Origin: a virus
Lineage: Duplodnaviria; Caudoviricetes
DNA: 64,000 bases
Reading direction: 5' to 3' (one strand)
IMG/VR virus record: IMGVR_UViG_3300016476_000292
Location: 3,063-67,062 of that record
Part shown: piece after piece, positions 53,486 to 61,931 of the stretch
Layout: every line of letters starts with the position of its first letter
Numbering within the stretch: position 1 is the first letter of the stretch
Made by a program: the position numbers and the translations under genes
The notes under the pieces: model-generated
What the model saw: the letters and a program-made list of their open reading frames with translations, nothing else
Told to the model about the DNA's origin: nothing
The model's database searches: none

Positions 53486-53514
53486 ATGATAGGACAGGAA
53501 CAGAATCTATGCAA
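53486..53514 (-). promoter_or_regulatory. sigma70-type promoter
   Basis: TTGCAT-17 bp-TATCAT. Confidence 0.6.
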
Positions 53515-53698
53515 GAGGCTGTTGGTGGCCGGTGCTGAACTCCGGCTTTACTTGTGCAATCCTAGTAGGCAGGTCGCATCGCCCGCATTTGCACTCGCTG
53601 CAAGGCGCATCAGCCTGCGCATTCACCAACACGGCTGGACACTCGCCTCTCTCTCGTGGCCGTGGTGCAGTCGGCCGTCAGCAAATGCCCATGCGTCT

Positions 53699-53783
53699 TG
53701 GTGGAGGCGGCTGGATTTGCACCAACTCACCCGAAGGAACGGATTTACAGTCCGCCGCGACTCGCTGTCTTCGCCGCGCCTCC
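53699..53783 (-). tRNA. tRNA-Tyr (GTA), long variable arm, encoded CCA, several non-canonical positions
   Basis: Acceptor GGAGGCG/CGCCTCC-A-CCA; anticodon arm GCGGA-CTGTAAA-TCCGT; T arm GTTGG-TGCAAAT-CCAGC. Confidence 0.85.
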
Positions 53784-53980
53784 AACACAGGTAAGTATAC
53801 AGGAACAATCAGTGGCAAAAAAGACCCCGGCACGGAGACCGGGGAAAGTCGCTGGCTCGCCTCAAAAGCCAGTGGTGAGATTCTGTGGGGGTACACCCAG
53901 TCCGAGGAGATTCACGGAAGGAGAGTGATAGCCAGGCTTTCCCCCGCACAAACAGTATCACCCCTACCACCCAGGCGCAA

Positions 53981-53998
53981 GGTGGAAACGTTTCCACC
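53981..53998. promoter_or_regulatory. Perfect 18-bp palindrome GGTGGAAACGTTTCCACC
   Basis: Intergenic between divergent operons, about 50 bp upstream of a consensus promoter. Confidence 0.7.
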
Positions 53999-54044
53999 TC
54001 CGTTGCTGTCCATGCAACACATGGTTCCTGTTATGAATTACCTG

Positions 54045-54073
54045 TTGACAGGTGCTAGATCTAGGACTAGTAT
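54045..54073 (+). promoter_or_regulatory. sigma70-type promoter of the rightward operon
   Basis: TTGACA-17 bp-TAGTAT. Confidence 0.7.
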
Positions 54074-54098
54074 TGTTCCTACATCTAGGGAGGGTGAC

Positions 54099-54281
54099 AT
54101 GACTCAGGCAATTACAGACGACGTAATCGTGGCTGTTCGCATAGCCAGCTTTTATCCGTTGAGCGACAGCGCAAGACAAGAAATGGCGAAGTTTATTTCT
54201 CAAGCCATGGTTGATCTTGGCCATCAGCGTAACTTCATAGTTCATAGCACCAGCGTAGAAACCAAGCCGAGGAAAACATGA
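54099..54281 (+). CDS. Hypothetical protein
   Basis: GGAGG RBS, ATG 54099, 60 aa. Confidence 0.55.
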   Translation: MTQAITDDVIVAVRIASFYPLSDSARQEMAKFISQAMVDLGHQRNFIVHSTSVETKPRKT

Positions 54282-54454
54282 TGTATGACCCGCGAAAGCT
54301 ACAGTGCTACACCATGGCCGCCCGTATGCGCGGGTACGCAGATGCACTGGAAGATGATCCAAGGTACGAAGGACTGGTAGACATGCTGATGAAGGCCGCA
54401 GGTCTGCTGGAGGGTGTATGGGAAGAGTATCTGATGTCGGTGGAGGAGCCATGA
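54278..54454 (+). CDS. Hypothetical protein
   Basis: Own translation, 58 aa, ATGA overlaps on both sides. Confidence 0.5.
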   Translation: MMYDPRKLQCYTMAARMRGYADALEDDPRYEGLVDMLMKAAGLLEGVWEEYLMSVEEP

Positions 54455-54687
54455 AGCCAACACAAGAGCAAGTCACAGAATGGTCAAATGAGGCGGGTTT
54501 GTATGCCAGTAGACAGACTGACGATAAGTTTGATTGGAAGATTATTTACGCGCAGCAGTTCGCCACCCTCGCCTATGCACAGGGTCGCAAGGATGAGAAT
54601 GAGGCGTGTATTAGAGACTGTGACAGTGTGGACTTAGTTGGGGCTGATGATTGTATAGCTGCTATTCGCGCAAGGAGGGAACAATGA
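54451..54687 (+). CDS. Hypothetical protein (ENEACI motif)
   Basis: GGAGG RBS, 78 aa. Confidence 0.55.
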   Translation: MKPTQEQVTEWSNEAGLYASRQTDDKFDWKIIYAQQFATLAYAQGRKDENEACIRDCDSVDLVGADDCIAAIRARREQ

Positions 54688-55040
54688 CAAAACTACGAGA
54701 AGCGGTTGCTAATTTAATCGCAGTTAAGGGTAGGCATCATACGGAGATTGCGTACCAGCGTTTAATCGAAGCGTATGACGCAGCACTAACGCAGCCAGAA
54801 CAGGAACGCGATAGAGGCGGCGCTTGTGTAGTGGTCAATGGCACCAGCGGGGTTTTTACAATTCCTTTACCAGGCACACCGGGTGGCGGCGGCATTTCAC
54901 CAGCCCCATCACAACGCGAATGGCAGGGTCTGACGGCAGCAGAAAGGATCAACATTGTTAATGGCGCAATTGGTTTGATGGACGCTATTTCTGATGCTGA
55001 AGCCAAGCTCAAGGAGAAGAACTGTGCGCCTAACAAATAA
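54684..55040 (+). CDS. Mosaic protein with REWQGLT...EAKLKEKN module
   Basis: AGGAGG RBS, 118 aa. Confidence 0.55.
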   Translation: MTKLREAVANLIAVKGRHHTEIAYQRLIEAYDAALTQPEQERDRGGACVVVNGTSGVFTIPLPGTPGGGGISPAPSQREWQGLTAAERINIVNGAIGLMDAISDAEAKLKEKNCAPNK

Positions 55041-55899
55041 ATTCAACCTGCCTGACACTTTTATCAACGTCATACAGCGGCCTACATACAGCCGTGGCGA
55101 CAGTGAGATTAGCGTCACAGAAATCCTGTCTCCGCCCCAGTTGGTGCAGCTACGCCGCCGGCACGCTGAGGATATCGAGGAAGATGCCGCCGACCGCGTG
55201 TGGTCTCTGTTCGGCAGCGCCTGTCACAACATCCTCCAGCACGGCAAGGATGAGAACCACGTCGTCGAGGAGCGATTGTTCACGACTTTCCAAGGATGGT
55301 CTATCTCCGGCGCTATCGACCTTCAGGAATACCAGCCCGATGGCACGGTGGTGATCAGCGACTACAAGGTCACATCGGCATGGGCAGTACAGCAGGAGAA
55401 GACCGAGTGGATAGACCAGCTCAACATGTACGCATGGCTGGCAGAAACCACGAAGTCCGTGACTGTTTCTGGCCTGAAGATCGTGGCTATCGTGCGGGAC
55501 TGGAGCCGCAGAGAAGCGGCTGTCAAAGAAGGCTATCCGCAGGCACCTATCGTGGTGCTGGATATCCCGATGTGGGATCACGACACCCGTGAGTTCTACG
55601 TCAGCGCCAGGCTGAACCTACACAACGAAGCGAACTTTGCAGCGGTCAGCGGCAAGATGCCGGAGTGCACGCCGGATGAAATGTGGGAGAAGCCCACGAC
55701 CTACGCTGTCATGAAGGAAGGCGGCAAGCGGGCGAAGAAAGTATTCACCATCAAGCAGGAGGCCGAAGCGTTCCTGGCCGAACAGAAAGGAGCGCACTTC
55801 ATTGAGACCAGAGAGGGCGGCAGGACTAGATGCGAGAGCTTCTGTTCCGTGGCTCCGTTCTGTGAGCAGTGGAAAAACTACCGCAAGGAGGAAGTATGA
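55024..55899 (+). CDS. PD-(D/E)XK exonuclease (Cas4/RecB-like) of the recombination module
   Basis: FGSACH...ISGAIDL...ISDYKVT...QLNMY; C-terminal RCESFCSVAPFCEQW. Confidence 0.8.
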   Translation: MRLTNKFNLPDTFINVIQRPTYSRGDSEISVTEILSPPQLVQLRRRHAEDIEEDAADRVWSLFGSACHNILQHGKDENHVVEERLFTTFQGWSISGAIDLQEYQPDGTVVISDYKVTSAWAVQQEKTEWIDQLNMYAWLAETTKSVTVSGLKIVAIVRDWSRREAAVKEGYPQAPIVVLDIPMWDHDTREFYVSARLNLHNEANFAAVSGKMPECTPDEMWEKPTTYAVMKEGGKRAKKVFTIKQEAEAFLAEQKGAHFIETREGGRTRCESFCSVAPFCEQWKNYRKEEV

Positions 55900-56042
55900 A
55901 ATACCTAATCGCTATCTGGGCAATCTCCGCAGCATCGCTGGCCTACGCAAGCTGCACCTATCACACGTACACGCAGAACGGCCGCATGATTACATGTACT
56001 ACGTGCTGCTACGGCAATCAGTGTTCGACCAACTGCTACTGA
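55896..56042 (+). CDS. 48-aa signal-peptide-bearing Cys-rich peptide
   Basis: Own translation MKYLIAIWAISAASLAYA-SCTYHTYTQNGRMITCTTCCYGNQCSTNCY; AGGAGG RBS. Confidence 0.6.
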   Translation: MKYLIAIWAISAASLAYASCTYHTYTQNGRMITCTTCCYGNQCSTNCY

Positions 56043-56049
56043 GGCAGCC

Positions 56050-56232
56050 ATGAAGATCAACGTCGAGATTGTTGACGCCACCCCGGAGCAGCTTGTTGTC
56101 TTGGCTAGAGCGCTTGGTGCAAAGATGCGCAAGAGCTACAGCAACAAGTCCGATGATGCGCCGTACGGCAAGAAGAGGGACGGCACTCCACGCAAGAAAC
56201 CTGGGCGGCCTGCCTACAAGTTTGAACTATAA
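56050..56232 (+). CDS. Small basic protein with AT-hook-like KKPGRP
   Basis: YGKKRDGTPRKKPGRP. Confidence 0.5.
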   Translation: MKINVEIVDATPEQLVVLARALGAKMRKSYSNKSDDAPYGKKRDGTPRKKPGRPAYKFEL

Positions 56233-56241
56233 GGAGAAACA

Positions 56242-56940
56242 ATGAAAGAAATCGCTTCAGCACTGGTGAAAGCGCAGAAGGAGTTCGGCCCTGCGCTGAA
56301 GACCTCTACCAACCCACACTTCCGTAGCAAGTACGCTGACCTGTCAGCCTGCGTCGAAGCAGTCATCGATGCCCTGAACAATAACGGAATCTACCTGATG
56401 CAGCTAACCGACGAGCATGATGGTGGTGTAAAAGTTTCCACCATCTTCATTCATGAGTCTGGCGAGCAGATATCAGGTGGATCCCTTTACATGCCGGCAG
56501 CCAAGCATGACCCGCAGGGATTCGCTAGTGCTCTGTCTTACGCCCGCAGGTACAGCCTGATGGCAGCCTGCTCTATTGCCCCGGAGGATGATGATGGAAA
56601 CGCAGCAACAGCGTCTGCGCCGCCGAAAGCGGCTCCTAAAGCTACGCCGGCAGCGCCGCCGAAACCTACCGCTGCGGCTCCTAAAAAGGTGGAGGGAAAA
56701 GCTGGAGAGTGGAATCTTAAGGTCTCATCAGAACCTGACACGAACTTCGAGGATTGGCTCGCGGTGGTGGTTGAGCTTACGGTTACAGCATTGGATGCTG
56801 CGGCGAGCAAAGATGATGTCATGAACATCTGGCGCACGAATGCCAACATCTACAAGATCATTGAGCAGCAGGCTTCTGATGCCTACGCAGAGCTGACAGG
56901 AACTTTCAAGACTTACAAGGAGAGCTTTGATGGCAACTAA
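56242..56940 (+). CDS. erf: ERF-family single-strand annealing protein
   Basis: ALVKAQ...NPHFRSKYADL...DPQGFASALSYARRYSLMAACSIAPEDDDG. Confidence 0.9.
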   Translation: MKEIASALVKAQKEFGPALKTSTNPHFRSKYADLSACVEAVIDALNNNGIYLMQLTDEHDGGVKVSTIFIHESGEQISGGSLYMPAAKHDPQGFASALSYARRYSLMAACSIAPEDDDGNAATASAPPKAAPKATPAAPPKPTAAAPKKVEGKAGEWNLKVSSEPDTNFEDWLAVVVELTVTALDAAASKDDVMNIWRTNANIYKIIEQQASDAYAELTGTFKTYKESFDGN

Positions 56941-57229
56941 GTTTCCAAATTCTGGGCGCTTGAATTATAGCCAGCGCAAGGTACACCCGAAGTCACCAGA
57001 TCTATACGGTGAGCTGGTGCTGGAGCGTCAGTATCTTAAAGATTTGCTGGAGGCTACGGATGCTGACGATATCCCCATCAAGCTCGACGGCTGGCAGAAC
57101 GATGGCCAGTACGGTACGTACTTCAGCCTGAAGGTGAACACTTGGAAGAAGCCAGATGGAAACGTTACCACCCCGCCGGCCAGACCGTCGCAAGTAGTGG
57201 ACGACGGCGATGACCCGATTCCGTTCTAG
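56930..57229 (+). CDS. SSB-like OB-fold protein with acidic DDPIPF tail
   Basis: PDLYGEL...KLDGW...YFSLKV; C-terminal DDGDDPIPF. Confidence 0.6.
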   Translation: MATKFPNSGRLNYSQRKVHPKSPDLYGELVLERQYLKDLLEATDADDIPIKLDGWQNDGQYGTYFSLKVNTWKKPDGNVTTPPARPSQVVDDGDDPIPF

Positions 57230-57237
57230 GAGACACA

Positions 57238-57492
57238 ATGAAATTCCGCAAGAAGCCCGTAGTCATTGAGGCTACACAGTGGTTTGAGTTGGGCGATCAT
57301 CCTGAGGTATTGTGGGCTCCTCCCGATTACACAAATATTCCAGAATTCAAAGTCGGCTATCACGGCGGCATAAAAACACTTGAAGGCTGGCACATCGTTA
57401 CGCCCGGAGACTGGATCATTACAGGCGTCAAAGGCGAGCATTACCCATGCAAGCCTGACATTTTTGAAGCCACCTATGAGCCGGCGGAATAG
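57238..57492 (+). CDS. PGDYG-like conserved phage protein
   Basis: [13 protein letters not shown]...[24 protein letters not shown]. Confidence 0.7.
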   Translation: MKFRKKPVVIEATQWFELGDHPEVLWAPPDYTNIPEFKVGYHGGIKTLEGWHIVTPGDWIITGVKGEHYPCKPDIFEATYEPAE

Positions 57493-57494
57493 GC

Positions 57495-57815
57495 ATGGCA
57501 ACCAAGTCACCCACCCAGCGCAGCCTTGAGTATCTCCGGGAGCAGGGATACCACCCGGAGGTAGTCGAGCGGTTTAACAGTTTCACAAAGCAGCGCAAGG
57601 ATCTGTGGACGTGGTGCGACATCTTGGCCATCAAGAAGGACGAGGTGCTCGCAGTGCAGGTGACAGACAGCACCAGTGTTTCCAAGCGGATACGGAAGAT
57701 CCAAGAGTCTGACACCGTTGGGAAGGTGCGCGACGCCGGAATCAGGATCGAAGTCCACGGCTGGGGCAAGAACAGCAAGGGAAGGTACGTGTTGAGAGTG
57801 GAGGACATAAGCTGA
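57495..57815 (+). CDS. PD-(D/E)XK nuclease, Holliday-junction-resolvase-like
   Basis: KDLWTWCDILAI...VLAVQVT...IEVHGW. Confidence 0.6.
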   Translation: MATKSPTQRSLEYLREQGYHPEVVERFNSFTKQRKDLWTWCDILAIKKDEVLAVQVTDSTSVSKRIRKIQESDTVGKVRDAGIRIEVHGWGKNSKGRYVLRVEDIS

Positions 57816-58051
57816 TGCCAGACATCAAACTGTACGATTACCAGCGGGAGCCACGGAGTAAGCGAGTGAGGTGGACAACCAACTTCTTTGTGCCGGTCAA
57901 GAAGGCCGCCACCATTCACTCTAGGTCTCCATGGCTGGACGGCTCGATGCTCTCTTGCTACTACGATGAGAACGAAGACTTGATCGGCGTCAGGTTTGTA
58001 CACGCAGACGGCAAGTATGTGGATTTGATAGAGGTTCCAGATGGAGAGTAG
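57815..58051 (+). CDS. Hypothetical protein
   Basis: 78-aa ORF. Confidence 0.5.
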   Translation: MPDIKLYDYQREPRSKRVRWTTNFFVPVKKAATIHSRSPWLDGSMLSCYYDENEDLIGVRFVHADGKYVDLIEVPDGE

Positions 58052-58469
58052 CCACCCCAGTTTCGAGGCCGTCAAGGTAGGGATCAAGCAGGACAACTCC
58101 GGCTACATCCTGACCTTGCGGATTCACCCTGATGACCTGGACGAGCGGATCATGCGGGACTTCGTGGGCGCACGGTACATGACTGTCATGGTCAGGCTGA
58201 ACGAGGAAGAGAAGCCCATGAACCGCGAGCAGGAGCTGGCCAAGGACATGGTGCGGGTATCAGGGATGCTGTGCCGGGATTCCAAGTTCTGGGACTTCCT
58301 GCACGAATCAAACGAGATTATTGAGAAATCAGAAAAGGAGGCCACGACATGGCTGAAGGGGTATTTGCACGTAGAAAGCCGAGCCGACATAGCAAAGAGT
58401 CAAAAGGCGGTGGAAAAGATGCTGGGTCTAAAGCAGGAGTTCGCGTCATGGAAGGATCGAAACGGCTAG
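58041..58469 (+). CDS. Hypothetical protein
   Basis: 142-aa ORF. Confidence 0.6.
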   Translation: MESSHPSFEAVKVGIKQDNSGYILTLRIHPDDLDERIMRDFVGARYMTVMVRLNEEEKPMNREQELAKDMVRVSGMLCRDSKFWDFLHESNEIIEKSEKEATTWLKGYLHVESRADIAKSQKAVEKMLGLKQEFASWKDRNG

Positions 58470-58738
58470 TCCCGTACTCGGTTTACCTGTCTGAGGACGT
58501 ACACACCGCGCTGAAGGAGAAGGCTCGCAGCCGGCAGGCCAGCAAGATCGTGCGCGATGCCATCACCATGATCTTGGAAGGCGGCGACCAGTTCTCCAGC
58601 GGCTACAAGCAGGGGCTGCGGGATGCCATGGACATGATCCACAAGGATGATCTAGCTAGCACTGTGTCTGTGCATGACCGCAAGATAGCGGATCACTTGA
58701 TCGACCAGCTGGAGGGGATGCTGAATGAACAGGGATGA
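58448..58738 (+). CDS. Ribbon-helix-helix-like small regulator
   Basis: RLVPYSVYLSEDVHTALKEKA...ASKIVRDAI; ATG 58448. Confidence 0.55.
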   Translation: MEGSKRLVPYSVYLSEDVHTALKEKARSRQASKIVRDAITMILEGGDQFSSGYKQGLRDAMDMIHKDDLASTVSVHDRKIADHLIDQLEGMLNEQG

Positions 58739-58946
58739 CATTATCCGCATGGCGGAGGAAGCCTCTGGCGGTAGACAACCTGACGGTTGGGGCGTGATGC
58801 TAGACCATGAACAGCTTGAACGCTTTGCCGTTCTAGTGGCAGCGGCTGAACGTGAAGCTTGCATCGACATAGCTGAACAACACGCAACGATTGAGGGAAT
58901 AGCGCAGAAAATTATTGCAGATATCCGCGCAAGGGGGCAGGGATGA
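58725..58946 (+). CDS. Hypothetical protein (MNRDDIIRMA...AEREAC family)
   Basis: 73 aa. Confidence 0.6.
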   Translation: MNRDDIIRMAEEASGGRQPDGWGVMLDHEQLERFAVLVAAAEREACIDIAEQHATIEGIAQKIIADIRARGQG

Positions 58947-59707
58947 TTGATGGGCGACCAACCATCATGATCGGCACCCCTGCCTACGGCGGAGCTATGT
59001 TCATGGAGTACGTAGATAGTCTAGCTAGGAACCTGTCCTTCCTTGAGCAGAAGGGTATCCGCACCCGCTGGCAGTTCATGAACAAAGAAGCCCTGATCAC
59101 TCGCGCCCGTAACGAGATCGTGCGGTACTTCTTGGACGAGACTCAGGACGATTACCTGATGTTCATTGATGCCGACATCTGGTTCCCTACCGATGGTATT
59201 TACCGTCTGCTTGAGCACGGCAAGGAAGTGACCTGCGGCGTGTACCCCAAGAAGTTCCTGTTCTGGGACAGGATCCGAGAGGCTGCCCTTCGCGGCGAGA
59301 AGGACATTGAGAACTTCGGCTGTAGCTACGTTCTGAACGCCGTGGCCGATGATGGCGATAAAGTCCCACTAAACGATGAAGGTCTGGTGGAAGTCCTGCA
59401 TGGCGGCACAGGATTCATGATGATCCACAGGAACGTGTTTAAAGCCCTGCGATTCAAGGTTCCCACCTATCGCACCAGCTTGATCACCAACCCTGCTAAC
59501 GGGCAGTTCCTGGCACCGCTCACGCGCGAGTTCTTTGGCACCAGTATTACCGAGCTTGGCCTGCTGTTGTCAGAGGATTATCACTTCTGCGAGTTGTGGA
59601 AGAAGGAGGGCGGTAAAATCTTTGCTGATCCGACAATAGAGCTGCGCCATGTTGGACAACACGTATATGCCGGCGACCTGATGCGGGCTGGCAGGAATAA
59701 CACGTAG
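58943..59707 (+). CDS. GT-A fold glycosyltransferase-like protein
   Basis: IGTPAYGG...ESLITRARN-like EALITRARN...MFIDADI...GGTGFMMIHR...LSEDYHFC. Confidence 0.75.
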   Translation: MIDGRPTIMIGTPAYGGAMFMEYVDSLARNLSFLEQKGIRTRWQFMNKEALITRARNEIVRYFLDETQDDYLMFIDADIWFPTDGIYRLLEHGKEVTCGVYPKKFLFWDRIREAALRGEKDIENFGCSYVLNAVADDGDKVPLNDEGLVEVLHGGTGFMMIHRNVFKALRFKVPTYRTSLITNPANGQFLAPLTREFFGTSITELGLLLSEDYHFCELWKKEGGKIFADPTIELRHVGQHVYAGDLMRAGRNNT

Positions 59708-59716
59708 GAGGCAAAG

Positions 59717-59959
59717 ATGCTGAGAGATGGAAAGTTCATCAAGGAAGATCCGCCAAAGATTGGTTCTGCGTACGTAGCACCGTTCTACCGGACAGTGAGC
59801 GACGAGGCTCCAACAGTTGAGTACACCACCCGCTGGCAGCATATCCACGAGAAGTACCTGTCGTCGATCGACGTGGGTGCGTGGATCATCCTGTTCTACA
59901 CGGCCATAGCGGTGGCGCTGACTATTCTGCGAGCGGCGTTCGACTGGCTGTTTAGATGA
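59717..59959 (+). CDS. Small membrane protein
   Basis: C-terminal hydrophobic helix, AGGAGG RBS. Confidence 0.5.
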   Translation: MLRDGKFIKEDPPKIGSAYVAPFYRTVSDEAPTVEYTTRWQHIHEKYLSSIDVGAWIILFYTAIAVALTILRAAFDWLFR

Positions 59960-60156
59960 GTCGGAAGCTCTTTGAGCTGGCCAATGCAGCCGCCGAGGAA
60001 GAGGGACTGGTGTACGCCCCTGACTCAGCGGCCATGGCTTGGATGCGCAAGTTCTCGAAGATGGTAGCAACACAAGAGCGGGAGCGGTGCGCGAGAGTAT
60101 GTGAGGAGATGGGTAGCCCAGACATAGCGGCGACCATACGAAGGGGAGAAGAATGA
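59956..60156 (+). CDS. Hypothetical protein (ERERCA motif)
   Basis: 66 aa. Confidence 0.5.
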   Translation: MSRKLFELANAAAEEEGLVYAPDSAAMAWMRKFSKMVATQERERCARVCEEMGSPDIAATIRRGEE

Positions 60157-60809
60157 CACCACAAGAACGAGAAGTAATGCAGATGGCGCTGGATGCGTTA
60201 ATTGATGCGGCAGATTCGCAAAGCTGGGAGATGCAGCAAAACATGGATCAGCATGGCGAATGGTACAGGCGTTCTGTGTATTTAAAAAAGGCGGTAGCAA
60301 AGTCTCAGGAAGCAATAGAAGCACTCCGCGCAGCACTAGCGGCTGATGAGCCGTCTGCCAATAGGTTAACGCAGCCAGAGCAGGAGCCGGTGGCGGCAGC
60401 ACTAAGACATGCAGCGCAAGTTGTGCAGCTTTATGACGATGCTTGTTCCGATAATAATTACATGCTTGATTCCAACGATTGCGAGGGAATACTAAACGCA
60501 TTAGCTGATTATTACGATGCAGGTTACACCGCCCCACCACAGCAGTTAAAACAGAAGCCGGTGGCGCAGGTTCAAGTGGCAGAGGATTACTACCCGCACG
60601 TAGTTTTCCTTGATGGCGTAGACACCACATCTCTTGACCAGAAATTTCTTTATACAGCCCCATCACAGCGCGAATGGCAAGGGCTGACGGATGAGGAAAG
60701 AAAAGAAGTCATCCGGCAACAGAAAGATTTTTGGGGGCCTGTTGGCTGGGAGTTGGAATGTGTGAAATCCATTGAAACCAAACTCCGGGAGAAAAACAGT
60801 GCCATTTAA
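60153..60809 (+). CDS. Mosaic protein with EPV and REWQGLTDEE modules
   Basis: 218 aa. Confidence 0.6.
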   Translation: MTPQEREVMQMALDALIDAADSQSWEMQQNMDQHGEWYRRSVYLKKAVAKSQEAIEALRAALAADEPSANRLTQPEQEPVAAALRHAAQVVQLYDDACSDNNYMLDSNDCEGILNALADYYDAGYTAPPQQLKQKPVAQVQVAEDYYPHVVFLDGVDTTSLDQKFLYTAPSQREWQGLTDEERKEVIRQQKDFWGPVGWELECVKSIETKLREKNSAI

Positions 60810-60990
60810 AAAACATCCGGCAGACCCAGACAGGGTGGTCTATGTAAAGGCTGAGTATTATTTCCCAGAAAAGAAAGAATGGGTTGGGATAACGTATGAA
60901 GAACAAGAAGAATTAGTTGAAGCATCGCATTCAATTCGAGATGCCATCAACCGCACCGATTGGAAGCTCCGGGAGAAAAACAGCAAATGA
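60799..60990 (+). CDS. Small protein with EWVGIT.EE...KLREKN module
   Basis: GTG 60799. Confidence 0.5.
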   Translation: MPFKKHPADPDRVVYVKAEYYFPEKKEWVGITYEEQEELVEASHSIRDAINRTDWKLREKNSK

Positions 60991-61931
60991 GAGTCGCAGT
61001 CCATAACCACTATGAGTTCATCACAACCAATGGCTACCTGTTCAAGAACGAGAACAGCGACATCGGTCACAACCTGCTGAAGTCTTGGAACGAGCTGTAC
61101 AAGCTATGCACATCTACCGGCATAGAGATGTACACCCTCGACCAAGTAGACCCGCATGTCGTAGACCTTGTGATCTACATGGATCGCCCGCGCATAGAGC
61201 CAGACGTACCTGGTGCCAGCAAAGTCCTGATCCTGTACGAACCGCCACTGATCCTGCCGGACAACTGGGACGAGGCTTACCACGATCAGTTCAGCCGGGT
61301 GCTGACATGGGACGATAAGCTGACCATCAGGAAGGGCTACGAGAAGCACAACTTCACCGTGGACTGGAAAGACCGCTGGCCGTGCGAGAAATCACGGGGA
61401 GACTTCTTCACCCACAAGCTGGCAGTCATGATCCAGACCGCCAAGAATATCACCGGCAGCCTGTACGAGAAGCGCATAGAGCTAATCCAGTGGTTCAAGG
61501 ACAACGCCATCTTTGACCTCGACCTGTACGGACGCGGGTGGGATATCAGAACCATCCCGTTCTACAAAGGAATTACCAATCACAAACTGCAAACCTATAG
61601 CAATTATAAATTTGCCATTACGTTTGAGAACACGGACACTGCTACTGGATACATCAGCGAGAAGATACTTGACGCCTTCATGGCCGGCATCGTGCCTGTG
61701 TACTGGGGAGCGCCCAATATCCACGAGCACATCCCGCCCGAATGCTTCGTAGACATGCGGCAATTTAAGTCGTACAAGGAGCTGTACAACTTTTTGCGGG
61801 ACATGGACTACGCCACGTACTGCGGATACCTGGAGGCGATAGACAGTTTCATCCGGTCAGACAAGGCCAACCAGTTTGACTGTGACGAGGAAGTAAAGCA
61901 GCTATACAAACTGATAGAGGAGCATCGATGA
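60987..61931 (+). CDS. GT10 (alpha-1,3-fucosyltransferase-like) glycosyltransferase
   Basis: YKFAITFENT...GYISEKILDAF.AG.VPVYWGAPNI hallmark of GT10. Confidence 0.85.
   Translation: MRVAVHNHYEFITTNGYLFKNENSDIGHNLLKSWNELYKLCTSTGIEMYTLDQVDPHVVDLVIYMDRPRIEPDVPGASKVLILYEPPLILPDNWDEAYHDQFSRVLTWDDKLTIRKGYEKHNFTVDWKDRWPCEKSRGDFFTHKLAVMIQTAKNITGSLYEKRIELIQWFKDNAIFDLDLYGRGWDIRTIPFYKGITNHKLQTYSNYKFAITFENTDTATGYISEKILDAFMAGIVPVYWGAPNIHEHIPPECFVDMRQFKSYKELYNFLRDMDYATYCGYLEAIDSFIRSDKANQFDCDEEVKQLYKLIEEHR

Noticed and set aside
53532-54098. 249-aa + strand ORF
   Set aside because: It runs antisense over the tRNA and through promoter DNA; only the last 60 codons (ATG 54099, RBS, promoter) look genuine.
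55024-55899. Cas4 as an adaptation partner of the RAMP module
   Set aside because: It sits beside ERF and an SSB-like gene on the other strand 3 kb away, the usual phage exonuclease-annealase context.
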